Of a DNA stretch of 64,000 nt, positions 10,468 through 21,612 are shown one piece after another. Where the stretch lies: assembly GCA_040954595.2 (NCBI GenBank), contig CM082580.2, positions 10,952,390 through 11,016,389 on the forward strand, given 5' to 3'. The notes under the pieces are model-generated. The model ran no database searches. It had not been told where the DNA came from and saw only the letters and a list, made by a program, of their open reading frames with translations. The position numbers were made by a program, and so were the translations under genes. Every line of letters starts with the position of its first letter. The first letter of the stretch is position 1. This DNA is from Balanoglossus misakiensis. Its lineage: Eukaryota > Animalia > Hemichordata.

Positions 10468-11553
10468 ATGCAGAACCAGACAATGGACAAAACACTGTGG
10501 GGCCATATCAACGGCTACCTATCCACACAGTTCATAGTGGCGGGCTGCGATCTCCAAATCTTCGACAAGCTCGAGTCCGACGGGCCCCTCTCCGCTGCCG
10601 AAGTCGCCACAGAGCTCGAGCTCGACAAGACGGCCACCGAAAGTCTGCTCAACGCATTGGCCGGCATCGACGTGTTGAACAAACATTACAAGGGTGGAAA
10701 CAAGAAAAGCGAAGCCACCTTCTCGAACACAAAGCAAGCCAGCGATCATCTGACGACAGCAGCTCCATTGTCGGTGAAGGCATGCGTCCTGTCAGTCAAA
10801 GAATTCAACTACCAGCTGGCCGGCAACTTGTCATTCCTGGTGAAAGAGGGAACGCCGCAGGTGAAACGCACCTTTGGTTTCCCGGCTCCGCTGTACGACA
10901 TGATAGCGATGGGCGACCCGAAGCTGACCATCCCTTTCATGGCGGGCATCCACGGCCTGGCCAACATCTCGCAGCGCGAAGGTGCACTCAAATCGTTCGA
11001 CCTGAGCGGCTACCGAAGAGTTTGCGACCTTGGCGGCGGAACCGGCGCGGTCGCCTTCGCACTTGCGGCCCGCTACCCGAACATGGAGATCAGGGTTTTC
11101 GACCTCCCGCCAGTGGTGGCCTGCGTCGACATCTTCCAGCCCATCGATCCCAAGTCCAACAACGTCACGTTTCAAGGAGGGGACTTCTTCAAGGACGAAC
11201 TGCCCGAATCCGACCTTTTCCTCCTCTCTAACATCATCCACAACTGGAGCGAAGAGCGCATCGCTGAGATCCTGCGCCGCGTCCGCAGCCACCTCCTGCC
11301 CGGGGGCGCCATCCTCATCGTCGAGTCGCTGTACGACGACGACAAGAAAGGCCCCATCAACACCCACATTCTCAACTTCATGATGATGCTCGCGTTCGAA
11401 GGCGGCAGGCAGAGATCCGTCAGCGAAATGAGCGATCTGCTCGAAAGGCACGGCTTCACAGACGTGGAGATCCAGAGAAGCGGCGGACTGGCCGATTCAG
11501 CGATCGCAGTCAAGGCAACCCGGCCGGCTGTCACCAATGGCTACAGTGAGTGA
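10468..11553 (+). CDS. ASMT-like: acetylserotonin O-methyltransferase (ASMT/HIOMT)-like SAM-dependent methyltransferase, single coding exon, 361 aa
   Basis: AAGATG start. Dimerisation domain (INGYLSTQFIVAGCDLQIFDKL...GPLSAAEVA) plus Methyltransf_2 motifs FDLSGY-VCDLGGGTG, FDLP, GDFFKDELPESDL, IHNW and LPGGAILIVESL..DKKGP. Collinear with vertebrate ASMT. Strong GC3 bias. TGA at 11551-11553. Confidence 0.93.
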   Translation: MQNQTMDKTLWGHINGYLSTQFIVAGCDLQIFDKLESDGPLSAAEVATELELDKTATESLLNALAGIDVLNKHYKGGNKKSEATFSNTKQASDHLTTAAPLSVKACVLSVKEFNYQLAGNLSFLVKEGTPQVKRTFGFPAPLYDMIAMGDPKLTIPFMAGIHGLANISQREGALKSFDLSGYRRVCDLGGGTGAVAFALAARYPNMEIRVFDLPPVVACVDIFQPIDPKSNNVTFQGGDFFKDELPESDLFLLSNIIHNWSEERIAEILRRVRSHLLPGGAILIVESLYDDDKKGPINTHILNFMMMLAFEGGRQRSVSEMSDLLERHGFTDVEIQRSGGLADSAIAVKATRPAVTNGYSE

Positions 11554-11700
11554 GACCCCCAGAGGATGGAAACACACCACACGGCAAGCAACGCAAAGTC
11601 TGACATTCCGTTCAAACAAATCTTACAAACCTTCATTTACAAAAAATGCCTTTCGTCAGAGCTACGTCTACATTTCGGGGCACCAAAAATTATGTAAGTA

Positions 11701-12013
11701 TTAAAGGGACGCCTCGTCGGCACTGCGCTCAAACATCTTGTGAAACCCGCATGACTGATGTCTGTGACGTACATGAGGGAGGCATAAGACTAGTAATGAT
11801 TCTCGGGCCATTTGGTAAAATCTAAAAACGAAACATTCACGCCCAGGCCTAAGCCAAAACGTCTGGCACGATGCTTGGGTTAACAATTTGTGGGGCCTAT
11901 ATTTTCCATTGTAAAATTCATTGCTTTGCAAAAGTCTCACTCCCACGAGAAGCATCATACTTTGTAGACGAAAGAGTCGCACATGCGCAGTGCTGATGAT
12001 GGCCTTCCTGTAG
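11701..12013. mobile_element. degenerate ~310-bp non-autonomous DNA transposon (MITE) with TTAA-type end, in the ASMT-like 3' region
   Basis: Left end ttaaagggacgcctcgtcggcactgcgc versus reverse complement of right end ctacaggaaggccatcatcagcactgcgc: 22 of 29 aligned positions match, and two mismatches are CpG-decay type. Confidence 0.6.
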
Positions 12014-13153
12014 TACATCATAAATGTAGTGTTAATATTTTCACATTTACCAAGTCGCATTTGAGATGTGATTAGTGTATAACGTAGATAATGTACATGT
12101 ATTTCCGAGCAATTTGTTGAGATGACTTAAACATATCTTCATTTTCTCGCCAGCTATCCAGCTATCATTGCATGGGTATTAGCAAAAATTGTCGATGCAG
12201 GTGTAGCGCAAATATCGTTTGCGGAGAATGGGGGGGGGGGGGGAGGGGATAAGAGGAAAGTCAGAGGTCAGATCTAATAACCACTCGTACCACGCCGGTA
12301 TAAGTTTGTTAACAAGGTGTAAACAAACTCATAAAACCCACTCAGTTAGCTTTTTGGCGGACATATATTTTGATATTTCTTTTGTTCGGATCTGTAGTTG
12401 GATTAGTGAAAAGATAGGGAAGGAATGCAAACCATACCAATGGGATCCCACGTTTGCGATGGTGACTGGGGGTGAGTGGGTGGGCGGGGAGGGGTGATTC
12501 GGGATGCGTGGAACCATATCGTGTAAAGTGTAAAGGATGTTTGTATACATACTAGTGTTCTTCGCTATTTTATATAAACAATGAACTTGGGTTTAGTTGT
12601 TATGCAGGTGGACTATCCGATCACTCTGAAAACGAAGACACTTAGTCTTATTTATCGTAACAATGTTTATTGGCATTATTATAGAATGAAAACACTGTTG
12701 GATATGACATAGCCATTGACGGTATAACGACCGCTATTTCAGAACTTGACTGTCGTACCCCCATGCAGTTCAACATTGATAGTGTACTTCTGATTTCAAG
12801 CCTAACTAGAAATAGCTTTCGATTCGTATCGAGTCGCACAAAGATGTAATTTTGCTACTTTAGACTGGAATCTTAGATTGACCATCGTGTGTACATAGTT
12901 ATCGCAGGCGAATATTATAAGATACAAATTAATGATGGTGATCGACATGCTTTTATCATTACATTATTGTAGGAGTTATTGGACATATTATCCGCTTATA
13001 TTGTTCTTTTCGATCATAGTGTGGTCACGCTTTTCTGACGAGAAGCAATATATTCTATTAATTGAAAGTAATATAGTATCCAGATTTTCTCCTGATGTGA
13101 AACTGCTTATATGGAGATTTTGTCTGCTTTGGAGTTGATCTCTACCTAGCATC

Positions 13154-13159
13154 AATAAA
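13154..13159 (+). terminator. candidate polyadenylation signal of the ASMT-like gene
   Basis: AATAAA followed about 20 nt later by a GU/U-rich element (tgcgttgtctgccctttc). Implies a 3' UTR of about 1.6 kb. Confidence 0.4.
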
Positions 13160-15653
13160 ACAGTCATTCAAATATTCCTGCGTTGTCTGCCCTTTCATTG
13201 AGCTCGTTGTGGAAGGTCCCTGTCATAGCCTACAGTACTCGCATATTTCTTGTGGGTCGGTTCTGGTACACGACACTAGTTGGAAATTTCACGAAAACTT
13301 GTCTTTGAAACTCGCCCACAGACTCTGGTCATAAACTACAGTATAACTTTTAGTCGATTTGGCCAGGATCCCCAGTGGGCCAAAGTTCCACAACCACCCA
13401 GACCGACTGACCTTATAAGGGGCTTTGGGTGGGAAAATACACTACGTATATACATAGTATAAATGTTGAGCTATCGATCTTGCTGAGAAGGCATAAATCT
13501 TTGAAAAGAGCTGGGCGTTGTCCCATTTCTGCAGTTTATGCACTTAACCCGGCTTAAAAGGGGTCAGTCAACTTGATCAACTTTTAAGAAGCTATAAGCA
13601 ACCCTTGCAACAAAGCCCGCAATGATGGATATTCAGTTTTCTTTCACACCGCCGCGTCGACACCACGTCCAACATTCCGAGCCTAAATAATGCACACCCC
13701 TACTTTCTTATATTTCGATACATCAATATAGCACTTAAATTATTAAGTCGATTGGAATATATTGGCTTTTGTTTGTGTCGATACTCATCACGACGGGGCG
13801 TGTTGTGCAGTGATGCACTAAAAACCACAGTAATATGTACACGTACGTCTCCAGGTCACACCGTCCCCAATTAAAGTTTGAACTTGAAACAAACTTACGA
13901 TCAAGCTGGGAATATTCCATTGAATTCACAGCGCATGTGCGATGAAACAGTTGTTCTATTTATGGGACTTTTGATACAGTTGTATGCTTTCACGTCACAC
14001 TGACGCATTTTGGAGAAATATACCCAGGTAGCGAAAAAGGCGCTGTTAAAATTTTAGCTGCCCCGACTCTGTTCAGTATCTGTTTGTTTGAGGATTTGCT
14101 ATGGTTACCCAGTCGAGTGACAAGTCCAACTTTACAAGCTCATAATGTTTTCAAAATGCAATGTTTTCATAAATAGGAACTCCTCTCCCATCCATATGAA
14201 TTCTCTTTGCACTTTTTCCCCTGGGGTTTTGGCAGTTACTTGAATTGAAACTGGAACCTGAATAACAATTTGAATTTCTTTCATGGCTATTTTTAGCACG
14301 ACCCCTTTCCACTCCTGTTTTCTATACACATACACTAAATAGCTGGCCTGTGTAGTGTCGGCCATATTTGATTTCCGTTGCTGTGCTTCTTCAAACCAGA
14401 ACGCGTTTCCGAGTTTTCTTGCGACGAACGATAAGTATTGAAGGTCGATCTTTGCAGCATGGCGAGAGAATACTCTGTTGAAAATGTACGTTGATTTCAT
14501 GAGAGAATTTTCAACTGGGCGAGAAAATTCGATCTCTGACGCAGTCTTCAATGCGCGTCGTCGTGGCAAGCATTCAAACCAATGATTATAATATCGCCAC
14601 ATGGAACATCCAAACTCTTTCTAATTGTGCAGATTTTTGTAAGATATCAACAGGCATATCAGGCACCACATTTCAACCTTGTTAATAAAATGGTCTGGCG
14701 GCATTTACCGGAGAATTCGTTGGCCGTTTGTCTTGCTCGCCAGTCTGAAACTGTCCATGCATCACGTGACGAGCTAAGTGTATATGTGCCAGGCGAGGTA
14801 TTGAGTACGCTTTCAAACTCGGCTTTCAAACTCGAGTGAACCATGCAAACTAGTACATGACGTCATTTTTATGATACAGTTCGTGGCATATTTTAGACTC
14901 CGGCCTTCGTTTTGTCCGAGTCCTCATACAGTAAGAATGATAGCCAGCCAATCAGTGAGAGCTTCGGTCTTGGCGAAGATGCTCTAGCCCCACGTAGCTT
15001 AGTCTTTCTATGATCGTTTGTGCATAAAATATTACCTGGGTCATATTTTAACCTTTGATACCCATTATATAGCATCGGGCAAGCAAAAGGCTCGGCATGT
15101 GGTATCATAGGTATGCAAATGACATACGTTCTGAATTCAAATTCAACGAGAAACCGCTTTTTTGATCAGTAACGGCTGTTACTGCGTCTGTTGAGCCTCC
15201 ACAGACAAAAAATAACGAGTACCAACCTTTAGTATTTCAACGATTTAACTGTCTTGCGAGTTCCCGTTCAGTGGCTCTACACCATGTAATGGGTGTTCAC
15301 AGTATTGGATCCCATAGAAATTGTATCTTATCGATGCTGTTCAAGTAATTACACACAGTTTGGGTCAATTTACGTATATGCATTTAGATCCCCAGACTTT
15401 CGCGGCTGTGACCCCCAGGCGACCGAGCTTCAACAGTTTGCTTTTGAATGGGGGTTCCCGCCACGGATTTGTATGCCGCGCTGCTGCGAAGACAGGTGAT
15501 GATCCCGAGTGCGACACAGTCACGAGTTTTGGGGCATTTTTCATCGGCCAGATTGAAATGAAAACCACGCAACACACACTCCGGGTTGACGATGTTATCT
15601 CAGATAAAGTGTTCAAGCTCCCACTATTTGGACTTCGGTACACAAATCCAAAT

Positions 15654-17988
15654 TTACAAATCAAATCCGTTTGGCACGCGTTTCTGTTCAAGAAAGGACT
15701 TGAAATTATTGGAATCTTGACTGGTTTGCACGCTAAAATCCATTGTCCAGTGTATGGTGCAGACTCTCGTCAGACTGCGAAAACAAACCGAGGGTAAACC
15801 AATACAATATATCCAACTTTGCATACAGAGTAAATAGTTTCAGCGTGAACTTTCGCTGTACTTTTTGATGACCCCGGCCGGCCATACATGTACGTGTCGT
15901 GTTTACTCGGCTGTGAGTTGTAAACGCTATATTCCGAAGGACAGTGTCGGGTCAAACGACTGTCTTTGCAGACTTAAAATGCTCGCGGCTAAAATGCTCT
16001 ACTTCTTATTGGAACGCGGTGAATATGGTAGCTAAAGCTTGTCAATATTTTCAGTATTTTCGCATAATCTCTTGAGTTCTTTATTGACAGTGCTCGATAA
16101 GTCGGTTGACGTTTATTCCCACTGCTGGTATTTTATTAGCATAAAATAGCTGATTTAGTGAACAATGTGTGAAGAATGCATAGGGTTGAAACTTTGAGAT
16201 GATATAACAATGCTGTGCCAAGTTGACTTCATTTGAAAATGCTCGAAGTAAATCTATACATATTGTTTGTTCAACAAAGAAACAGTATTAACGGTCATAC
16301 GTGAACAGTTCTTTTTTTATAAAAGTTATAGTCGGTCATATTTTCCGCAAAGACGCGAGTCCTATAATAACGTGCCAGTACGAGAAAAACCTAACCATTT
16401 AACTGTAGGAAATTGGAATCATCATTTGAAACACGTGCTCCTGATCAATTCACGTTATATTGGTCTTACATGCCCAGGTAAAGGACATTGACCCCGTCCA
16501 TGGGTCAAATTCTGGCCTTGTACACAGTCAATGCGTCCCACATCCAAAAGTAATGGCTGGTGATGTTTTTTTGTTTTGTCGTCATAACAACGACCGTGAC
16601 TTTCGAAGCGCGTGCATACGTCACAGGTCAGTGGTACTTTGGACTATTAAAACTCCTCAAACAAGTATGCAATCTTCAAGAAGTTTACTAGCACGCGACT
16701 GACGTTGCTTTTAGCAACGGACAAAAATTTACTGAGTCAGCAGCGACACGGCTGTAAATAAAATGGATGCCGGGTCAGTGGCATACTCAGTGGTAACTTT
16801 GGCATCACGAAGGACGCCCACTGGTCTGGATAATACACAACAGACCCAGCCTCGCGCAGAACTTGGAACTGAAGTAACTCTAGCACTAAAATGTAGATAA
16901 ATATGCAGACCAGTATAGTCAATGACCAAACACAGTACATGTACTGATACATACTGTATAACTCAGGCTGGTAATACAAAATGACGCCAAGATTTTCTCA
17001 TAAACAAAAAGAGACCATGAACGTCTACTACTAGTATTAAAGATTCGTTCATTGGGGGCGCTCTTCTAGTCGCTACCCCTTCTCCAATACCATTTCTGTG
17101 AAGTGACGTTGGCGGCCTAAACATTTCTACGTTTTATCTTTTTGACCGCTGCTTAGCTTGTATGTCACTAGAAGAGACAACAACGGAGGCATCGGAGCAC
17201 ATCACATTCCGCTTTTCATCATATGCAATCGTGTCAGAAACCTCAATATTATGGTATCTGAGGCACACGACGTCGACGTCCGACTTTTCATGAGAGTTCC
17301 TGGTGATTGCATGCAAAAGGGGGTCTTCTTGGCCTATATAGAAGTGGCGGCTGTCAAGTGCAGGGACATTATTCAGTGCAAATGTGAATGTTGTAAATCT
17401 CAACCGCCTCGTTGGTCAAACCTGTCAATCATGGTTGCTGCCTGCAGCCACAGGCAGTCCCTTTCTACTCAGTGTCTTTGTCCTGCATTGATGACGTCAG
17501 CACTCCCATCAATCATCGCTCAGATTACTTCCGTTGTGCATCGACACAATACAGGTGAGGGTACACATACTCGACCTTTTGGACGAAAAGTCACAAAATT
17601 ATGAAGTCGTATTAGAAACTTCCAGGGTCTATGGTTTTATCAACAGAACTGGGGGAAGAACTTCCGTTTTAGAGCCGTGGGATACTTGGGGGGATTTGAC
17701 AGTTGGGGGATATCGCTCCTCAAAATAGTCATACATGTACGTAACCACGGTCACTCCGTGGTGCCGGTGTGTTAATGTCTGACATTTTTAACATCTAGTT
17801 GCTTAGTATGCACACCTGGTATCTTTCTGTATGAAGTAGAGGCGCCGTGATTGGCTTACAACTGTCAGCACATGAACATAAGAATGTCTTTCTGTGCCTG
17901 CAATGCGGTTACCCGCTCTTGCTGGAGAACTGCATCGATCAGCTCGACCACGTAGACGAAGATGGCGCCCACACCACGTGGCAGTATC
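15654..17988 (-). other. possible degenerate or orphan multi-exon gene (4 exon candidates)
   Basis: Exon candidates 17988-17816, 17350-17147, 16885-16733 and 15774-15654 have AG/GT ends and join in phase 2 into one open frame. No recognisable domain. One donor and one acceptor are weak. Confidence 0.25.
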
Positions 17989-20900
17989 CTCGTTCGCAAG
18001 GACGTGCACATGCACACATAAAATGACAAAGGAGACATGAAGAACGAAGTTTCAATGTTATTAGCACAGGACTGTTTTTTAGGTGTCATCTACGTTAATG
18101 CCAGGTTATTCACGCACATATACTCAGTTAAGGTATCCCTACCATCGTCAAACTTCGCACCTTCCGTGATTGAGAAACGCGCCAATTAACGTATAGCGAT
18201 TGCCACTGTGTTGCCGTACCTGTCCTAAGAATCAAATACAAAAATAAAGGTTGACTTTTCAAGTACCTGTAAACGCCACGAAAGGTCGCCATTTAATAGA
18301 TCAATATTATACTTAGTTCCTTAATTGATGAAGAAAACTAGACCGAAAGCGAATTTCTGAATTCGAACCCAACTTTCTTTTTGTTCGTAGCGGACGACAT
18401 AAAACTGAGACCAGCCGAGACTACGCGAGATTCTGGCGATTGGGGAATAGCCAGGGGGTGGGGGGGGGGGAGACCAAGACGACGATTTCGAGGGCCAGAT
18501 TTCGAAACTCTCCCACGTCGAGCAGTTACTGGAGAAATCCATGGCAACCTACAAGGGGCAGAAATAACAAGTGGAACAACAAGTCAGATTTAAACCTGAC
18601 AGTGATTGACGATTCTAGTCTAGAGTGATAACTAGGGACGACGAGTTTATTACAGATCTGTTAACATCACTAGACACTAATTTGTCTGTTGTTGAGTGGC
18701 AGGCGTCTCTCTGTCCGAATGAAGTATTTTGTGGTGTACACTGCCTTAGGATATGACAACGGTACACAAACCCAACAATGCCACGCATGAAAAAAATAGC
18801 CACCTTTTCTGCGAACTCAGATTTGATTGTTATTAACGACGGCGGTAGTTGTCACTTTCTAATGATTCGGCATACTGTAACCCCGGCAGCGCGAGATAGA
18901 AGTCGAACGCCATAGCAAAAACTACAAAGCGTGATAGCAATTCAAAACCGCATGTAACTCGACGCATGTAATGAAATATCAGTTGGATCAAATTGAAATG
19001 CTTTTGCAGTAGTTACAGTCACCACACCGCAGGCACATCAAGTAAATGGGTACGAAATACCATCAGCTTTGTTAAGTTAGCACACATATGTTCTGATTTG
19101 GATAATTGTAACAGTTCAGAGCTATAGAGACGGTATCCGACAAAATTGTTTATGGAAATTAGATAGCAAATGTTCAATAAAACATATGTTGGGTACATGA
19201 CCGTAGGAAAACGGAGGTATACATTGTCTGTAAATATAATTGAAACATACAGGTAGCCTTGACATGTCAGGTATACAATATTATAAACATTCCTTTTGAA
19301 AGCGCCCTCTCGTGACTGGATGCCAAATTTTAGGACATCTCCGTTATTGAACGCCTTTGAAAATAAAGATTTGGGCTCAGAGTATGCGAACTCATGAATG
19401 GGTATATAAAATTTAGGGACCCGCTTTTACATTGACATCTAAATCGTGGATAAGGTTTATTGGGATTTATCGTATCATCGACCAGTGTAATTCAGAAGTC
19501 AGGCCAGCGTGCTAAACTAACACAATCTCGGCGTCTTATTGTTGTCATTATATTTTATGAACACAGAATGTATAATTGCGTGCATTTGGATTCGAAAGTA
19601 CCCATTAAAATTGATGCCCATGTATGTATGGGTGTGTGGATACAACAATTGACGCGGCATCATTATATTTTATGGTAGGAGAGAATGGGGTTTTTATGTC
19701 CCATGGGAGTATTAAAAATGACCAATCTTGACAACCATAATTCGTTATAATAAGAATGGAGAAATACATAAGCTTATTTGATCATTTCGCGTGTGAGCTG
19801 GGCTTGGCAGTGCCCTTTTTGCACTACCTTGCTTCTGCGTTATTGGAACCTTGTTTCTGATTCTGGTTTATCGCCGGGCATTCTGTCAGCAATCATGAAG
19901 TATTTTGTGTCAGGTGAGAACTGGCTGTTGTAAATAGAGGTTGGTTGCATGACCAACAATTAGTAAAACGATTTTGCAAGGATTGTTCACCCATAAGCTA
20001 CATGTATACACACAGAGTACACTACGTGGAAAGGGTTAACGTCTCTTTTTTATGAAGGAACGCTTCTTATCATCATACACATGTCGTTTCAAACCATCAT
20101 AAAGCTAAAGGATGAACCCACCAGGACAATGCGGCACCGGAGAACCGTTTAATGCACAATTACGAGAACGTTTTGCCGCCAGTCTGCTTGGCAACAGGGC
20201 GTGCAGTGACGTCAAAAACGCGATCTCAAAACACCTGTCATTTAAAAGTTTTAATATCGACTTCCTGGAAGCAAACACACAGCTCTGGTCTATTAGAAAG
20301 AATACGAGTTTCTCATTTTCGCACGACACGTTTTTCCAATTAATTTTATTTGGGATTTTAGAGAACATGTATTGTATCCTCTAAATGGTATAATTCTGTC
20401 AGAGAAAGGAAGTGGTTGATGTGCTATACACAGTCATTCACTTGTATAAGCAACAACATGAAACGGAACTTGCGCGTTTCCAGGAACTGTTGATTCGATT
20501 GAAACTAGTAATCTAATTGTGGTTCTGAGAAGTTCGGATAAAAACGGGAAGACGTAATGTTTATGTGAAGGCCAGGCGCAAGAAACCGTAAATAACAGGC
20601 AGTTTCGTTCCTATTTGTACAATTCACTGCTAAAAGGTCGTTTCCAAACGTTGCGATTTATGTGTTATTTTGCTCGCCCGTGTTTGATTCACGTACGTGT
20701 AAGGAGAACTGGCCGTGAAAAAACAACAGCTGTAGCACATAGAATGTATACACATCAAAAATACAGGGAGTGGAGCTTTAAGATAGTACAATCGACATTT
20801 TAACCATACTGGCGCCTCTGTGGTACCAAGATAAACACAGAAATATAACTCACCTTAGAGAGACGTAGTAATCGTCATGGTGTACATGAATCAAATCAGG

Positions 20901-21466
20901 CAATTTAAAATTGTGTAATAAGTGTAAGAAATTTGAATAGCTCTCGTTGTTTTAATGACAGTGCAATAATAGCCGGGTTATGAGAAAATATGACTCAGGA
21001 TTCTAAAGGCCTAGCTTGCAAACCTGTTATCAACGCTACTCCCAGTTTGAACGCAAGGAACTTCAACACAGGCCTTGGATAAACAATTTCTCCTCAGGTC
21101 CACAGTGGCCGAGCCCTCCCTCGATTTCAATGCAATTATGAAATGTATTTTGATGAATCGCTTTGTTTTTCTGTGGGAATTGGGAAGATATCAATGTGCT
21201 GTTATATTTCAACCTTACAATCCCGTGGTAATTTCAAACAATTCGTATTCGTCAGATTGCAAATTAAAGAACTCATTTGGTCAAATTTGTCAGTAACGAC
21301 ATCGTAGCATGAGGGATGCGTCGTCTGACGTCTAAAGAACAGAGTTGGTCGGCCACACTGGTAATGGTATAGACTCCCGTTAAGACATCGTTCATGTGAT
21401 AAAAATAGTTAAAACCGTGCTTCTTATTCGCCGAACTTGGCAAATTGCCACTAGTCGTTACACGTA

Positions 21467-21612
<146 letters not shown>

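Noticed and set aside
10497-11537. Overlapping alternative-frame and antisense ORFs (244, 206, 121, 117 aa)
   Set aside because: Expected shadows of a GC3-rich coding sequence.
6305-14551. Inverted ends ttaaaggactgcgtc / gacgcagtcttcaa flanking the ASMT-like gene as a composite transposon
   Set aside because: Only about 10 matching bases, no target-site duplication and no transposase. Likely chance or independent MITE ends.
14132-14602. 156-aa minus ORF with ETS/YY1-like start context (cggaaatcaaatATGGCCG)
   Set aside because: No recognisable domain or splice structure. More likely a repeat-derived fragment.
15600-15691. GFVYRSPNS resembling a LINE APE endonuclease motif
   Set aside because: No in-frame GDFN or SDH motifs and no reverse transcriptase sequence nearby.
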